A DNA stretch of 64,000 nucleotides from a virus. Below, piece after piece: positions 1-9,961 of this stretch (positions are counted from its first letter, which is position 1; each line of letters starts with the position of its first letter). The stretch is from positions 1-64,000 of the IMG/VR virus record IMGVR_UViG_3300032307_000646. One strand, 5' to 3'. The position numbers were made by a program, and so were the translations under genes. The notes under the pieces were generated by a model. That model saw only the letters and a program-made list of their open reading frames with translations, ran no database searches and was not told the origin of the DNA.

Positions 1-410
1 ATAATAAAACCATGACATAATGGCATGAAGTGATATATAAATGGCAGTGTTTTACCACATATTCCCACCGAGATTGCGGCTTGCCGCAACTGGTTGGTAG
101 ACAGTGTGTTACACGACCCGTTTTTACGCTCACTGAATTCTTTGTAAGATATTGAATGTCAGGATGTTACATAGGGTGGTAGAAAGTGGAGAAAAGTGGT
201 AGAAAATGGTATGGTTTACCCTTTAGGAATGGTGGGGGGATTTGAGCCGTTCGTTAATTTTCTATTAAATTTTTTGAAAAATTTGGAAATGTGGGTAAAA
301 ATGACTATACCCCACCTAAAGGCGGGCCCCTCTGGTCTCGTGAATTCAGATCGTTTTATAAAAAAGTTTAATGAATTCGGGGGGTGAATGCACTTTGTTA
401 TTATGCGCAG

Positions 411-418
411 TATTTATA
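411..418 (+). promoter_or_regulatory. putative phage late-type promoter TATTTATA
   Basis: same motif recurs just upstream of many genes in 28-64 kb; 17 nt before ATG 436. Confidence 0.5.
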
Positions 419-435
419 TGTATAATATAAGAAAG

Positions 436-693
436 ATGGCATCTCAATTACTACAGTCGGTGAGCGACACCTTAACAAAAAAACCAGAATATGGTATTGT
501 TTCTTCCATGTTATCGATTAGTATGAGCACCACCGAAATGTTACAACTGGTGGGTGTGGTGATCGGTCTTTTTATAGCCGTGATTACCGCGGTTTTAAAA
601 GTTATCGAGCTTAAAGATAAATTAGCGGAGAGAAGAAAAGCTAAACGTTTAAAAAAACTGGTGGAAGATGCCAGACTGGATGAAGAGGAATGA
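436..693 (+). CDS. small membrane protein (holin-like topology)
   Basis: hydrophobic segment then basic/charged tail; start moved to ATG 436 downstream of TATTTATA. Confidence 0.55.
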   Translation: MASQLLQSVSDTLTKKPEYGIVSSMLSISMSTTEMLQLVGVVIGLFIAVITAVLKVIELKDKLAERRKAKRLKKLVEDARLDEEE

Positions 694-881
694 GAGACGC
701 CACTAAATTAACTGGGGCCACCCTGATTAAAGAGGAAACTGAATTCCAAATCGGTGATGTTTACCTGGCACCCAATGGTGAATTCTATATGGAAGTGAAA
801 AAAGACGGCGCCGTGTGTAATACCATGGTGAATTCTATTAAAGCTGATCTGAATTCTGGAAAAGCTAAGCTAAAAGTATAA
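690..881 (+). CDS. hypothetical protein
   Basis: ATGA overlap with upstream gene. Confidence 0.6.
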   Translation: MRDATKLTGATLIKEETEFQIGDVYLAPNGEFYMEVKKDGAVCNTMVNSIKADLNSGKAKLKV

Positions 882-1064
882 AAAAGTTTAATTGAATACA
901 AATAATAACCTCAGATGAATTCTGGGGTTTTCTTTTTTATGGCGCCGTATGAATTCTGGATCAGATATGAATTCTAAACCACGGGTGCCATTTGAATTCT
1001 GGAAGTTTTTTGGGGATTGCCTCTGGGTGAATTTGAATTCTGGAACAATTCTGGATTTGAATTC
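741..1064. repeat. cluster of TGAATTC(TGGA) palindromic repeats
   Basis: GAATTC at 741, 780, 830, 851, 917, 951, 969, 994, 1035, 1059 (also 75, 342, 373). Confidence 0.85.
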
Positions 1065-1206
1065 TGTTTTTTTAAGAATCAGGGGTGAATCCTGTGAACT
1101 CACCCCCAATATCTCAAATCAAATCAAAACAACATGCATTAATCATGTAGGCAATATAATAATAGGGATAAAAAATGAAAAAAGCAAGCGCTTTTTTAAC
1201 TTTTTT

Positions 1207-1557
1207 TTACAAAGATGAATTTAATTGATTCTTAATGTAATTCACCCCGTCTTTGAATCCTTCTTCATAGACCCCTTTCTCATATGTATTCAGTGCGGAT
1301 GGAGCTGAAGACAGAGCTTTCTGGCCCACCGTGCTCGCGGGGATGTCCGCGGCGTCCACCAGCTGATCTTTTTTATGTTTTGTCACCTTATATAGGTGAA
1401 ACCACATGGCCGTGGATGTGATCCAGACCGCCAGGTTAATATTCTGGTGCATTTCTGTTCCTTCAGAAGTCACCGTCAAGGTGATCGCGCCGATCAATGA
1501 CAAACCATAGATCCCCATCAGGATCAGGTCGCCTGTGTTATAAGTTATTTTCTTCAT
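1207..1557 (-). CDS. hypothetical membrane protein
   Basis: two hydrophobic segments. Confidence 0.65.
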   Translation of the reverse strand: MKKITYNTGDLILMGIYGLSLIGAITLTVTSEGTEMHQNINLAVWITSTAMWFHLYKVTKHKKDQLVDAADIPASTVGQKALSSAPSALNTYEKGVYEEGFKDGVNYIKNQLNSSL

Positions 1558-1795
1558 TCTGTTTTTTAATTTGTCGTATATGTGCTTTTAAATTATTGAT
1601 CATGTCTTCCATGTCCTCTATGGTGATCTCCACAGCAAACTTCGGGATCTCCACCATCTCTTCCTGTTCCTGTTTTACATTACCAGTGGTGAATACTGTG
1701 CGGCTGGTGCCGTCATCGATTATCCTGGTGTCTAGGTCAAAATACTGACTCCTGGATTTCAGGAATCTCTTGTGGTTCATAAAATGAGTTATCAT
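1538..1795 (-). CDS. hypothetical protein
   Basis: ORF overlapping next gene; start uncertain. Confidence 0.55.
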   Translation of the reverse strand: MITHFMNHKRFLKSRSQYFDLDTRIIDDGTSRTVFTTGNVKQEQEEMVEIPKFAVEITIEDMEDMINNLKAHIRQIKKQNEENNL

Positions 1796-1862
1796 ATTTA
1801 TAATACTAGCAAAAAAAAGTGGGGAAGTCAAGTCCCCACCTTCTTACGTGTGAACAATTTAT

Positions 1863-2075
1863 TTACTCAGTGGTGATGTAACTGATCCAGTATCCACCCA
1901 GGTCGATCTCCTGGTCATTACACAGGTCCATGAACTCGGAGAGCGCCAGTACAGCGGCGCCCTTGTCCCTCAATCCCTGAACCTGATCCTGAGTCAGGGT
2001 GTTATTCTCCAAGTGCTCGGCGTCTCTTCGTCTATCAAACTTATCGATCGGCAGCATTACAATCATTTTCTCCAT
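1863..2075 (-). CDS. hypothetical protein
   Basis: ORF directly after GP88-like gene, followed by a hairpin. Confidence 0.65.
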   Translation of the reverse strand: MEKMIVMLPIDKFDRRRDAEHLENNTLTQDQVQGLRDKGAAVLALSEFMDLCNDQEIDLGGYWISYITTE

Positions 2076-2078
2076 GGC

Positions 2079-2813
2079 TTACAATTGAATTACGAAACCT
2101 GAATTATCTTTTCTGGCTTTGCCTTTTGCTTTCAGGCCAACGATTACTCCATTGCCATGTAAAAAAGTTAAGTCGTGCTCATCGCCATTGATAACTGGAA
2201 AACCCATGTATTCAGCAGGTAGCTCGCTTTCATCCTTTACATTGAAGACCATTGCTACATTCAGACCTGAACTCAAAGCTGTGATAGCGTTAATTCTGGT
2301 AACAGGTCGTTCGTCCACACTATAGGTTAAGTGATAGTTAGGTGCCTGTGACTTCAACATTCTAGAGAAGTCTTTTGTGTAGTCGTAGAACTGAACGTCT
2401 GGAAATAATTCCATGATGTTTTTGTCGTCCTTGATTTTAATATTCTCATATGGAATATCTGATGTACCGTTTAAACGAACGGCCAAAGCTTTACCATGTT
2501 TTTTATAACCCTTGGCAACTTCATTGTATACCTGTTCCAGGAACAAAGCTTTCTCACGTAGAAAGTATTCAGTTTTGTTTAGACGGCCTGTCATTACATT
2601 ACTGAATGCTCCCCTGCCAGCTGTGAAGAGACACGCAGCCTTGCAACCTTCGCTAGCATGCGCGCATAAGTTTTTACCAGAGGTGTTTTGTTTCTCGGGA
2701 GACATGTACAGGATAAATGTAGTGTAACCCAATTTCTCGCCCTTAATAGTCTTGGCGTTTTGTGTACCGAACAACGTTGTTGGTCTTTTGTACTTGTAAG
2801 ATAAGTCGAACAT
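2079..2813 (-). CDS. GP88-family (radical-SAM-like) phage protein
   Basis: CxxxxxxCxxxCL, RLNGTSDI, QFYDYTK, GDEHDL motifs; start at MFDLSY after promoter 2840-2870. Confidence 0.8.
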   Translation of the reverse strand: MFDLSYKYKRPTTLFGTQNAKTIKGEKLGYTTFILYMSPEKQNTSGKNLCAHASEGCKAACLFTAGRGAFSNVMTGRLNKTEYFLREKALFLEQVYNEVAKGYKKHGKALAVRLNGTSDIPYENIKIKDDKNIMELFPDVQFYDYTKDFSRMLKSQAPNYHLTYSVDERPVTRINAITALSSGLNVAMVFNVKDESELPAEYMGFPVINGDEHDLTFLHGNGVIVGLKAKGKARKDNSGFVIQL

Positions 2814-2980
2814 AATTACTGTGTTATTTGATTTGATTACAAATATAATGTAAATGTTTTTCCTGTGCAAGTTTTTTATCGATTATTTTTTATAAAAAAT
2901 TTTATTGCATTTTTTTAATAAAAGATTTGGTTGGTAAATAAATTGTGCTTATCTTTGTACCAACAATAAAGATAAAGACT

Positions 2981-3208
2981 ATGGCTATTGTAATAGGAAG
3001 ACCAATCAACGGTATCAGTATCAACGGACTCGAATACTTGTTAGATGAGAACGGTGAGTATAAACAGTTTGAATCCAAGGAAGAGGCAAAGACCTTTTTG
3101 AATTCCATGTTCGAAGAACCGTTGACGGACGATCAACTTGAAGACAGCTTCATGTTCATGGACACTGAAACAGATTTTGAAAACCCCGAAGCTTTTAAAA
3201 ATGATTAG
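2981..3208 (+). CDS. hypothetical protein
   Basis: own promoter ending ~2957; start at MAIVIG. Confidence 0.7.
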   Translation: MAIVIGRPINGISINGLEYLLDENGEYKQFESKEEAKTFLNSMFEEPLTDDQLEDSFMFMDTETDFENPEAFKND

Positions 3209-3446
3209 GATGAATTCTTTGCTGTTGGGGCTATCTGTATTCTTGTTGGGCTCATGTTATGAATCCGTCAAGGGTGATGAAGTCAAACATAAAATTGTAA
3301 AAAAGTTTAAGCTCCCGCCTAGCGGGATACACGAAGAGATTTCACCCAGGTATCGCGGCGTACTGGAAAACGGGGACACCGTACCAGTCGGCGAGAATAC
3401 CAGAGTAGGTGACACGGTGAGCTACATCTATTATAAGATGAAGTAG
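3201..3446 (+). CDS. putative lipoprotein
   Basis: signal peptide with LLGSC lipobox. Confidence 0.6.
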   Translation: MIRMNSLLLGLSVFLLGSCYESVKGDEVKHKIVKKFKLPPSGIHEEISPRYRGVLENGDTVPVGENTRVGDTVSYIYYKMK

Positions 3447-3527
3447 CTGTGAAAGATGCATGGGTTTGTTCATGCTGTGTTTATTTGATTTATTGCAACG
3501 GGCCTGCTGAGAAGCGGGCCTTTTGTA

Positions 3528-3947
3528 TTATTTGAATTCTGGAAGAACTATGCTTCTGGCGTACATGATTACATCCTGGTGTTCTGTAACAATCTCATGC
3601 TTTAATTTATCCAGTTCTTTCTGGGCTGCTTCCCTGGTCTGGAAGTAACTGGACATGCGCTGTGAATTCTGGTGGAGCCAGGTAAGTTCACAGTGAATCC
3701 TTCTCACCTGCTCTTTGATCCTGAGTACCAGGTAAACTGGAATGAATAGATCCTTCACCTGGGCTGGTGATCCATGCAGCTTATGTTTTGTAATAAAGTT
3801 TAGAGCTGCTTCCTGATCTGTAAAAAACTTTGCTCTGTTGAACTGGACTTCCCAGACTGGATCGCCAGATGCCTTAAGGTCCACCAGAACCCTACCAGAT
3901 CCAGAAGCCACAATCCATTTCTCACCGTCCTGTAAACAAAAATCCAT
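3528..3947 (-). CDS. hypothetical protein
   Basis: 139-aa ORF. Confidence 0.55.
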   Translation of the reverse strand: MDFCLQDGEKWIVASGSGRVLVDLKASGDPVWEVQFNRAKFFTDQEAALNFITKHKLHGSPAQVKDLFIPVYLVLRIKEQVRRIHCELTWLHQNSQRMSSYFQTREAAQKELDKLKHEIVTEHQDVIMYARSIVLPEFK

Positions 3948-3994
3948 ACCAGTAATATAACCAGTATGGATTTAAAGTAAAGTGTATTCTGGGA

Positions 3995-4207
3995 TTAAAT
4001 CTCCCAGATGGTAGCCAGTGAATACCAGATATTTCCAGTTTCACCCTTCTCTTCGCATAACGCGTACAGCTCATCGTCTGTAAGCTCAGTGGTGTCGATT
4101 CCATGCTTCGCAAAGAAATCATTATTAATGTGAACTCTTTCCTGCGGCAGGAACTGGTCGACAACCTTTCTGATATGCTCTTGTCCTTTTGGTGTGATTT
4201 GTAACAT
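3995..4207 (-). CDS. hypothetical protein
   Basis: ORF in minus-strand early run. Confidence 0.6.
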   Translation of the reverse strand: MLQITPKGQEHIRKVVDQFLPQERVHINNDFFAKHGIDTTELTDDELYALCEEKGETGNIWYSLATIWEI

Positions 4208-4229
4208 GGTATAAAGATAAGAAAGTTTA

Positions 4230-4805
4230 TTACTTTGTCAAGATTACTTTACCAATTCTGTATGTCCAGTAAATATCACAGAACCCAAAGAACGCATCAG
4301 TAGAACCGTCATCGTTATCTGATTCTGTGAACAGCGTACCATAGTCCTCATCTTCCCAAGTTGACTGGTCGTTACGGTCAACTGGATTCTGATTCCTGTT
4401 ATGTGAATGTTGCATTCCAATCCCCTCGTTAACCATTTCATCATACCTCTTAACAGCATCCTGTTTGTTGAAGAACTTAATTATAACTTCATCCACATAT
4501 TCAGAAAAGTCAGCGATGAAGCATTCACAGTCATCTTCAACATCCTGTGTGCCGACCTTAAAGTAGTGGTCAACATCTCCCAAGAAATTTGACAGCGCTT
4601 CGTTGTTACCTGCGTTGAACCTTACAGCCCAATCATCCTCGCACCAGTAATCATTATCTTCTTCCAGATTCTCATCCAGTGCAAAGATTTCCTGTGTACG
4701 CTTTTGGAATTCAGCCTTCGCTTCCTCTACTGTTGGGAAGAAAAGAACTTCGCTGTCACTTGGTAGGTGAGTAGCGATAATTAAATAGTGAATTTGTTTT
4801 GCCAT
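4230..4805 (-). CDS. acidic hypothetical protein
   Basis: own promoter ~4825-4856. Confidence 0.75.
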   Translation of the reverse strand: MAKQIHYLIIATHLPSDSEVLFFPTVEEAKAEFQKRTQEIFALDENLEEDNDYWCEDDWAVRFNAGNNEALSNFLGDVDHYFKVGTQDVEDDCECFIADFSEYVDEVIIKFFNKQDAVKRYDEMVNEGIGMQHSHNRNQNPVDRNDQSTWEDEDYGTLFTESDNDDGSTDAFFGFCDIYWTYRIGKVILTK

Positions 4806-4894
4806 CTTATTTGATTTTATGTTTCAAATATAAGTAAAAGAAAATTACTGACCAAATTTTATTACAAAAAAAATGGGGATTGCTCCCCATTCTC

Positions 4895-5494
4895 TTACTC
4901 CGCAAAGTCAGGTTTAATTTCCTCGAACCCGTCAGGAACAGAATTGCTAACAGAAATTACATCTCTAGCCCACAAACCCACATAGTCATTCGAGCCTCTG
5001 AAATCTCCGCCACCTCTACCGTTACCCTCACAGGTTAACAAAGGTAGTGGGTGGATTTGCCAACCGTCACTATCTTTAGGACAGCTGTCCTTATCCACAA
5101 ACTCTTTTTTGCTGTGGTTAATCACATAGCGATGTGCTTTCCTACCCTTTTTAGGCTTAACCTTTGTGCTATCATCACATAGGGAATACAGGTTGACATT
5201 CTCGATTGTACCTCTGTCAGTTACACAGGTTTGGTCTGCTTCCTCATCCGCGTAATCACCCGCCCAAACCATGCGCTGCGGGTTATCCACTATCAGGGTT
5301 TCAAACGCCTTTACAAAAGGGTTCTTCATCCATGAATGCTCCATGAGTTTAAGCCCACTACCCGTAGTGAATTTAGACCCGTCATCCCTAGTATAGGTTG
5401 TTTTGATTTCGTGAGAATACACCCACGCTTTTACCTTTTCAGGCTCTCCTTGTTTTGCCTCGTCTAAAACGATTGGCTTGTAATACTGTCCCAT
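4895..5494 (-). CDS. conserved phage hypothetical protein
   Basis: MGQYY, GLKLMEHSW, WAGDYAD, HPLPLLT..GNGRGGGD motifs; own promoter and terminator. Confidence 0.8.
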   Translation of the reverse strand: MGQYYKPIVLDEAKQGEPEKVKAWVYSHEIKTTYTRDDGSKFTTGSGLKLMEHSWMKNPFVKAFETLIVDNPQRMVWAGDYADEEADQTCVTDRGTIENVNLYSLCDDSTKVKPKKGRKAHRYVINHSKKEFVDKDSCPKDSDGWQIHPLPLLTCEGNGRGGGDFRGSNDYVGLWARDVISVSNSVPDGFEEIKPDFAE

Positions 5495-5634
5495 GTCTTA
5501 TTTGATTTTGTTACCACAAAGATAATGTAAAATAATTTGCTGTGCAAGTTTTTCGCAAAATAATTTAAAAAAAAATGGGGGCTCTCTCCTTCCCCCATTC
5601 TTCGCTATTAACACCAGAACGTTATCTGGATTTT

Positions 5635-5847
5635 TTAATTGTCCGCTGCTTCCAGTTGTTCGCCACAGTCGGCACACTTGTAATCCGTTTCCTCATATGG
5701 TGGATGTTCCTCATCGTAAGCAAAACAGTTACCACGATCATCAGGACCATCTCCCAGATTGTTGAACATATCCAGAGCCTCTTCCTCGGAAGGTGCACAT
5801 GCCCTACAGAAATCTACAGGGATTGATTCTGATGTGTAGATTCTCAT
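5635..5847 (-). CDS. small Cys-containing (zinc-binding) protein
   Basis: CxxC...CxxC; overlaps stop of DUF932 gene. Confidence 0.6.
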   Translation of the reverse strand: MRIYTSESIPVDFCRACAPSEEEALDMFNNLGDGPDDRGNCFAYDEEHPPYEETDYKCADCGEQLEAADN

Positions 5848-6653
5848 TGTGCGTAAGAGTTTGCAAGTTGCCAAAGACCCTCGTTGATGTCCAAGTTCAG
5901 GGTGATGTTCTTGATAGGACGAGCCTGACGAACTTTGTTATCTGAACCTAGATGTTTGAATTGTCCATTCACTAACTTCTCCTGAACGCGATTGAAGACA
6001 GTCCAAAGGTTGTTAGGGGCGTCATCTGCACGCTGTGGAACAAGCAAGCCGTTAACATCAACCGACAAAGCGATTTGAGATAAGTCAGCCAAGTTGTTCT
6101 CCTTGATGTACTCGGGGTAGCGGATTGCGAAAGCTTTCATTGCGAAATCCTTGCGAGCCTCTTCGGTCATCTCGGTACGCTCGAATGTCTTGATTGTATC
6201 GAACACCACAGGTAACTTCTCGGTGATGTCTCCAATCATCTCACGAACATTCTCGAATGAGTATCCCATGTGACGAAGATTCAACTTACCGAAAGTTTTA
6301 TCCGCAACCACCAAACCGTTTGAACAAATGAGACGGAATAAACCAACATGAAAGTTCATTGAACGAGTTCTATCGTGTGAGTTGGTGAAAAGGATTTCAG
6401 GTACATTACCACCCACACCCACAGCACCGAAATCTTGGTGACGGAAACGAACTAGGTGACGAGTCGTGTCAGGGCTTGTCTTTGACTTTTGTTGGCCAAC
6501 ATCGTGGATGTTCCATCCGAACTTCGAAAGGTCATCGATAACATCGATTGTTGGGATGAACTGATAGTGCTTTGATGCACCTGCCTTCGCTCCTTCTTCT
6601 GCTGTGCGGAATACTGCGGGGGCTTTTGCTTTTAACTCTTCAACTGTAAACAT
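5844..6653 (-). CDS. DUF932 (TIGR03299-like) protein
   Basis: YQFIPT, HLVRFR, NSHD, GLFRLICSNGLV, LWTVFNRVQE motifs; start at MFTVEEL. Confidence 0.85.
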   Translation of the reverse strand: MFTVEELKAKAPAVFRTAEEGAKAGASKHYQFIPTIDVIDDLSKFGWNIHDVGQQKSKTSPDTTRHLVRFRHQDFGAVGVGGNVPEILFTNSHDRTRSMNFHVGLFRLICSNGLVVADKTFGKLNLRHMGYSFENVREMIGDITEKLPVVFDTIKTFERTEMTEEARKDFAMKAFAIRYPEYIKENNLADLSQIALSVDVNGLLVPQRADDAPNNLWTVFNRVQEKLVNGQFKHLGSDNKVRQARPIKNITLNLDINEGLWQLANSYAQ

Positions 6654-6714
6654 GATTTCTGATTTTTTTGTTGATACAAAGATAATGTAAAATAATTTAG
6701 TGCACAAGTTTTTT

Positions 6715-6816
6715 TTACTTTTTTTTCGGTTTTTGTTTTGGGACCGCTTTTTGCTTTGGTGTTACTTTAACATATTTGTATGTTGATTTACTGATTCTTA
6801 CTTTCTTTAAGGCCAT
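6715..6816 (-). CDS. small Lys-rich peptide
   Basis: MALKKVRISKSTYKYVKVTPKQKAVPKQKPKKK read by hand; fills an intergenic gap. Confidence 0.45.
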   Translation of the reverse strand: MALKKVRISKSTYKYVKVTPKQKAVPKQKPKKK

Positions 6817-6933
6817 ATTATAATTTTAAAAACTGAAAAAAAAGAACCCGTCAGCTGATACACTACTCCGTAAGTAGAGGTTCTCAATTAACTCCCCACC
6901 GAAATTCGGGGTACTGACGGGTTTAGGGGTTCT

Positions 6934-7551
6934 TTAGTTATGCATATCAATCATAACCGCGAAATATTCATCGACTTCCTCAAGCGCCTGAGTCGGATTA
7001 TTGGTTTCGTTTTCGATATCGTAAACATTACTTTCGAAACAAAACTCATCGTACCTTGCTTCAGCATATCGGTTGGCATAGTACGCCGACATATCGTGTT
7101 CGCTTTCAGGTTTCTTTGCCTCGAGCATCTTTGCCCAATAATTCTCGGCTTCCTGATTCAAATCCTTTGTCCACTCTTTTACCACATCGATACAAGTTGA
7201 TAAAGGAACTATGTCGTCATCGTTACCGAAGTCATCATAAGAACTACGAGCATACGGATTAGACCCAACACCCTCGAGGCTTTCCCAAATCAACTCAAGC
7301 GCCTGAGTTTGTTCCTGAACCATCTTGGTCGAAAGGAATTCACCCTTATCAGGATACATCTTTTTGAAGTGCGCTTCAGCTTTCTCAAAGAACTCCTTTG
7401 ACTTTGAATTAAGCGTTCCACTCCAGCGACCACCGATTACATACCAATCCCATACATCACCATCTCCGTGCTGAACCATAAAGGCTTGGGTTTTTTCTAA
7501 TACCTCATCTTTATCAGAGGCTTTCATTAATAAGATAACTCCTTTGTGCAT
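6934..7551 (-). CDS. conserved phage hypothetical protein
   Basis: WDWYVIGGRWSG motif; own promoter. Confidence 0.75.
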   Translation of the reverse strand: MHKGVILLMKASDKDEVLEKTQAFMVQHGDGDVWDWYVIGGRWSGTLNSKSKEFFEKAEAHFKKMYPDKGEFLSTKMVQEQTQALELIWESLEGVGSNPYARSSYDDFGNDDDIVPLSTCIDVVKEWTKDLNQEAENYWAKMLEAKKPESEHDMSAYYANRYAEARYDEFCFESNVYDIENETNNPTQALEEVDEYFAVMIDMHN

Positions 7552-7602
7552 ACATTTAAATTTTAGAATTCAAAGATAAGTATAAAAAACTTCCTGTGCA
7601 AA

Positions 7603-8178
7603 TTAATTTTCATTTTCTTCCCACTCATCCAAATCATCTTCCTCATTCATATCAATGAATACTACTCGGAAAGCCGCGTACTCACCATAGGCATCTTTGA
7701 TACCATACACATCGTAAGAACCGTCACCGAATCCTGAAGATGATACAACTCCGTTTGGAAGTACACCCCAACTTTCAGGGTGGTCTAGAGTAATCTTACA
7801 ACAAGCGTGATACCATATATCTGCGTCACGGTCGCTGTCGTCAGTCAGGAAGTCACCACCGAAGTCATACTTGGGCATATCCTTAACACTCGCTGATTTA
7901 CGGTAGTGGTCACGATCGAAGAAACCGAACTGTCCACTGTCCACACCAAAGGTTCCTGGAAGTTCTTCCCAATCACTTTCGTTGATTTTAATATCACTGT
8001 GGTGAATTGTCAGGTCAATATTCCGCTGTCCCCAATCTCCAACGGTTTCAATGTTGGAATGGGCTAACCAAGTACCTTTCCTTACATTGTTAACAGTACT
8101 CATACACCAAATGTCTGTGGTGTAGCAAGGGTCGCTACATACTAACGACCCTGAAGTAATCTCGAATTTTTGTGTCAT
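7603..8178 (-). CDS. DUF4241-like protein
   Basis: SDPCY, GVDSGQFGFFD, SSSGFGDGSY motifs. Confidence 0.75.
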   Translation of the reverse strand: MTQKFEITSGSLVCSDPCYTTDIWCMSTVNNVRKGTWLAHSNIETVGDWGQRNIDLTIHHSDIKINESDWEELPGTFGVDSGQFGFFDRDHYRKSASVKDMPKYDFGGDFLTDDSDRDADIWYHACCKITLDHPESWGVLPNGVVSSSGFGDGSYDVYGIKDAYGEYAAFRVVFIDMNEEDDLDEWEENEN

Positions 8179-8189
8179 TTGATTTTATT

Positions 8190-8435
8190 TTAAAGTGTTG
8201 GTAATACTCCGTTCTCGCCATAAAATAATACACCACCCTCGTTACCCTCATCATCTGCTGATAAGATACAACTAGTTCCATCATTCAGGAAGAAACAAAT
8301 TGGTCGTTTGTTCCAACCCATCATTTCCATTTCCTCATCATTCAGGTATCGTACCTCAACGATTGTCTTTCCCTGAAGAACTTTCTTCGCTTCAGTGTCC
8401 CAATACTCTTGGATGTCTTTTTGTTTTGTAGCCAT
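8190..8435 (-). CDS. hypothetical protein
   Basis: own promoter; DDEGN.GG motif. Confidence 0.7.
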   Translation of the reverse strand: MATKQKDIQEYWDTEAKKVLQGKTIVEVRYLNDEEMEMMGWNKRPICFFLNDGTSCILSADDEGNEGGVLFYGENGVLPTL

Positions 8436-8493
8436 TGCTTTGTTATTTTGATTTAGAATTCAAAGATAATATAAAAAAATTTACCAACCAAAT

Positions 8494-8892
8494 TTATTTT
8501 GAAAAATTATTTTTCCTGCATTCAGGACAAACTTTGGTTTCATATAGTGTCTTATCCTGAGGGTTGTTTTCATTCTCCAGCATCGCTGTTTTGAGTTCAT
8601 CCTCGTTACCAATCCAACCACATTCTTCACAATACAATTCCCACTCCTGTTCATCATCAACCACTGTGAACTCATTGAAATCATTTCTCTCGAACAATTC
8701 CGCTGCTAGTTCCTCGTTGGTGTAATCAGCATAACCTTTGTGCCCGTATTCTAACAGTGCGGCTGCGTATGAGTTATCACCGTCCTGGTGTCCTGTGTGG
8801 AATGAGTCAAGATCATCATCCACCAACCTGTCGATTGCATCCTGTCTTTTAATCGTTTCCATAGGGTGCTTCATTAAAGGTTCTGAAATCAT
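8494..8892 (-). CDS. hypothetical protein with C-terminal zinc ribbon
   Basis: CEECGW...CPEC. Confidence 0.65.
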   Translation of the reverse strand: MISEPLMKHPMETIKRQDAIDRLVDDDLDSFHTGHQDGDNSYAAALLEYGHKGYADYTNEELAAELFERNDFNEFTVVDDEQEWELYCEECGWIGNEDELKTAMLENENNPQDKTLYETKVCPECRKNNFSK

Positions 8893-9058
8893 CGTTGGCT
8901 TGATTTCTATAATAGTTCGCTAAGTTGATTACCTCATCAACCAACTGTTCATCGGACATCGCCGCAAATTTCTTCGCGTCCTGTACTGTTTCGATTTCAT
9001 CGCCTGCCATATCGAAGATAGCATCGATTAACTTTTGTCGCATTGTTTCCTGTGCCAT
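8849..9058 (-). CDS. hypothetical protein
   Basis: ORF in operon-like run. Confidence 0.6.
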   Translation of the reverse strand: MAQETMRQKLIDAIFDMAGDEIETVQDAKKFAAMSDEQLVDEVINLANYYRNQANDDFRTFNEAPYGND

Positions 9059-9065
9059 ATTGGAT

Positions 9066-9374
9066 TTAATTTAATTCGTAGTGAACATACTCATAGATTG
9101 CAAGCATATCATCGGTTTCCAAGTCGGTGAAGTCAACACACTCACCAACATCCGTTTTGATTACAACACCCGCGAAATCCATAAAGATTGAACTCGCTTT
9201 GCTTCTGCCGTCAAGTTCAGTTGGGTGAATGAAGTACAGCGGAACCTCTGCCTCTGAAATATCCAAAGGATTAGTTAATCCCCTGTTGTGTTCTTTTAAC
9301 TCTTGTGTAAGAGCATCATCTAAACCTTTTCGTAGTCCTACTAAGATTTCTTCAAAGTTGATAAAATGTGCCAT
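9066..9374 (-). CDS. hypothetical protein
   Basis: A-rich leader, 102 aa. Confidence 0.65.
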   Translation of the reverse strand: MAHFINFEEILVGLRKGLDDALTQELKEHNRGLTNPLDISEAEVPLYFIHPTELDGRSKASSIFMDFAGVVIKTDVGECVDFTDLETDDMLAIYEYVHYELN

Positions 9375-9625
9375 ATTATTTGTTATTGATTATTTTGTTC
9401 CATTCAAAAATTGCGATAGCGGGTGTGAATATACCACCATCATATTGATAGTAATAATCCTTTGGGTTCAGGTTCTTGTCAAGCAAACGAGTGATGTCGT
9501 GCTTCTCATTCTTAACGAAATCCCAATCCTTTAATCGCTTCGGTTTTTTCATAGTACAAAGATAAGTATAAAAAAGTTTCCCACCAAATTTATTTTTGAA
9601 TGCAAAAAGAATTTGCTAATTGAAT

Positions 9626-9937
9626 TTAATCACAAATGTATTCTTCGTATTCATCTTCCCACGCTTCAGGTGTAATCAGGTAGCCCAAACGATTGACGAA
9701 GTGAAAGCCCGCGATGATGATTAACTCACCATCCTCGTTGTCCACGATTGTCCAGATGTTCTTGTTAAGTTTCTGTTTAACATACTCAACCTCTTTACCA
9801 AAGGTTTCGTACATACAGCCGCCGAATGAACACATATCTTCAGGTGATAGTCCATCTTTCAGGGTTGGTAAAAGTACCTGATTAAATTCAGGGTTATACT
9901 TTTCGTAGAAGTTGTCTATTGTCATTTGCTTTTCCAT
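9626..9937 (-). CDS. hypothetical protein
   Basis: YETFG, IWT, GFHFVNRLGY motifs. Confidence 0.7.
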   Translation of the reverse strand: MEKQMTIDNFYEKYNPEFNQVLLPTLKDGLSPEDMCSFGGCMYETFGKEVEYVKQKLNKNIWTIVDNEDGELIIIAGFHFVNRLGYLITPEAWEDEYEEYICD

Positions 9938-9961
9938 AATCCAAATGTAAGTATAAAAAAG

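Noticed and set aside
6855-6905. Hammerhead ribozyme
   Set aside because: Core reads CTGATAC rather than CTGANGA, and the helices do not fit around the GAAA.
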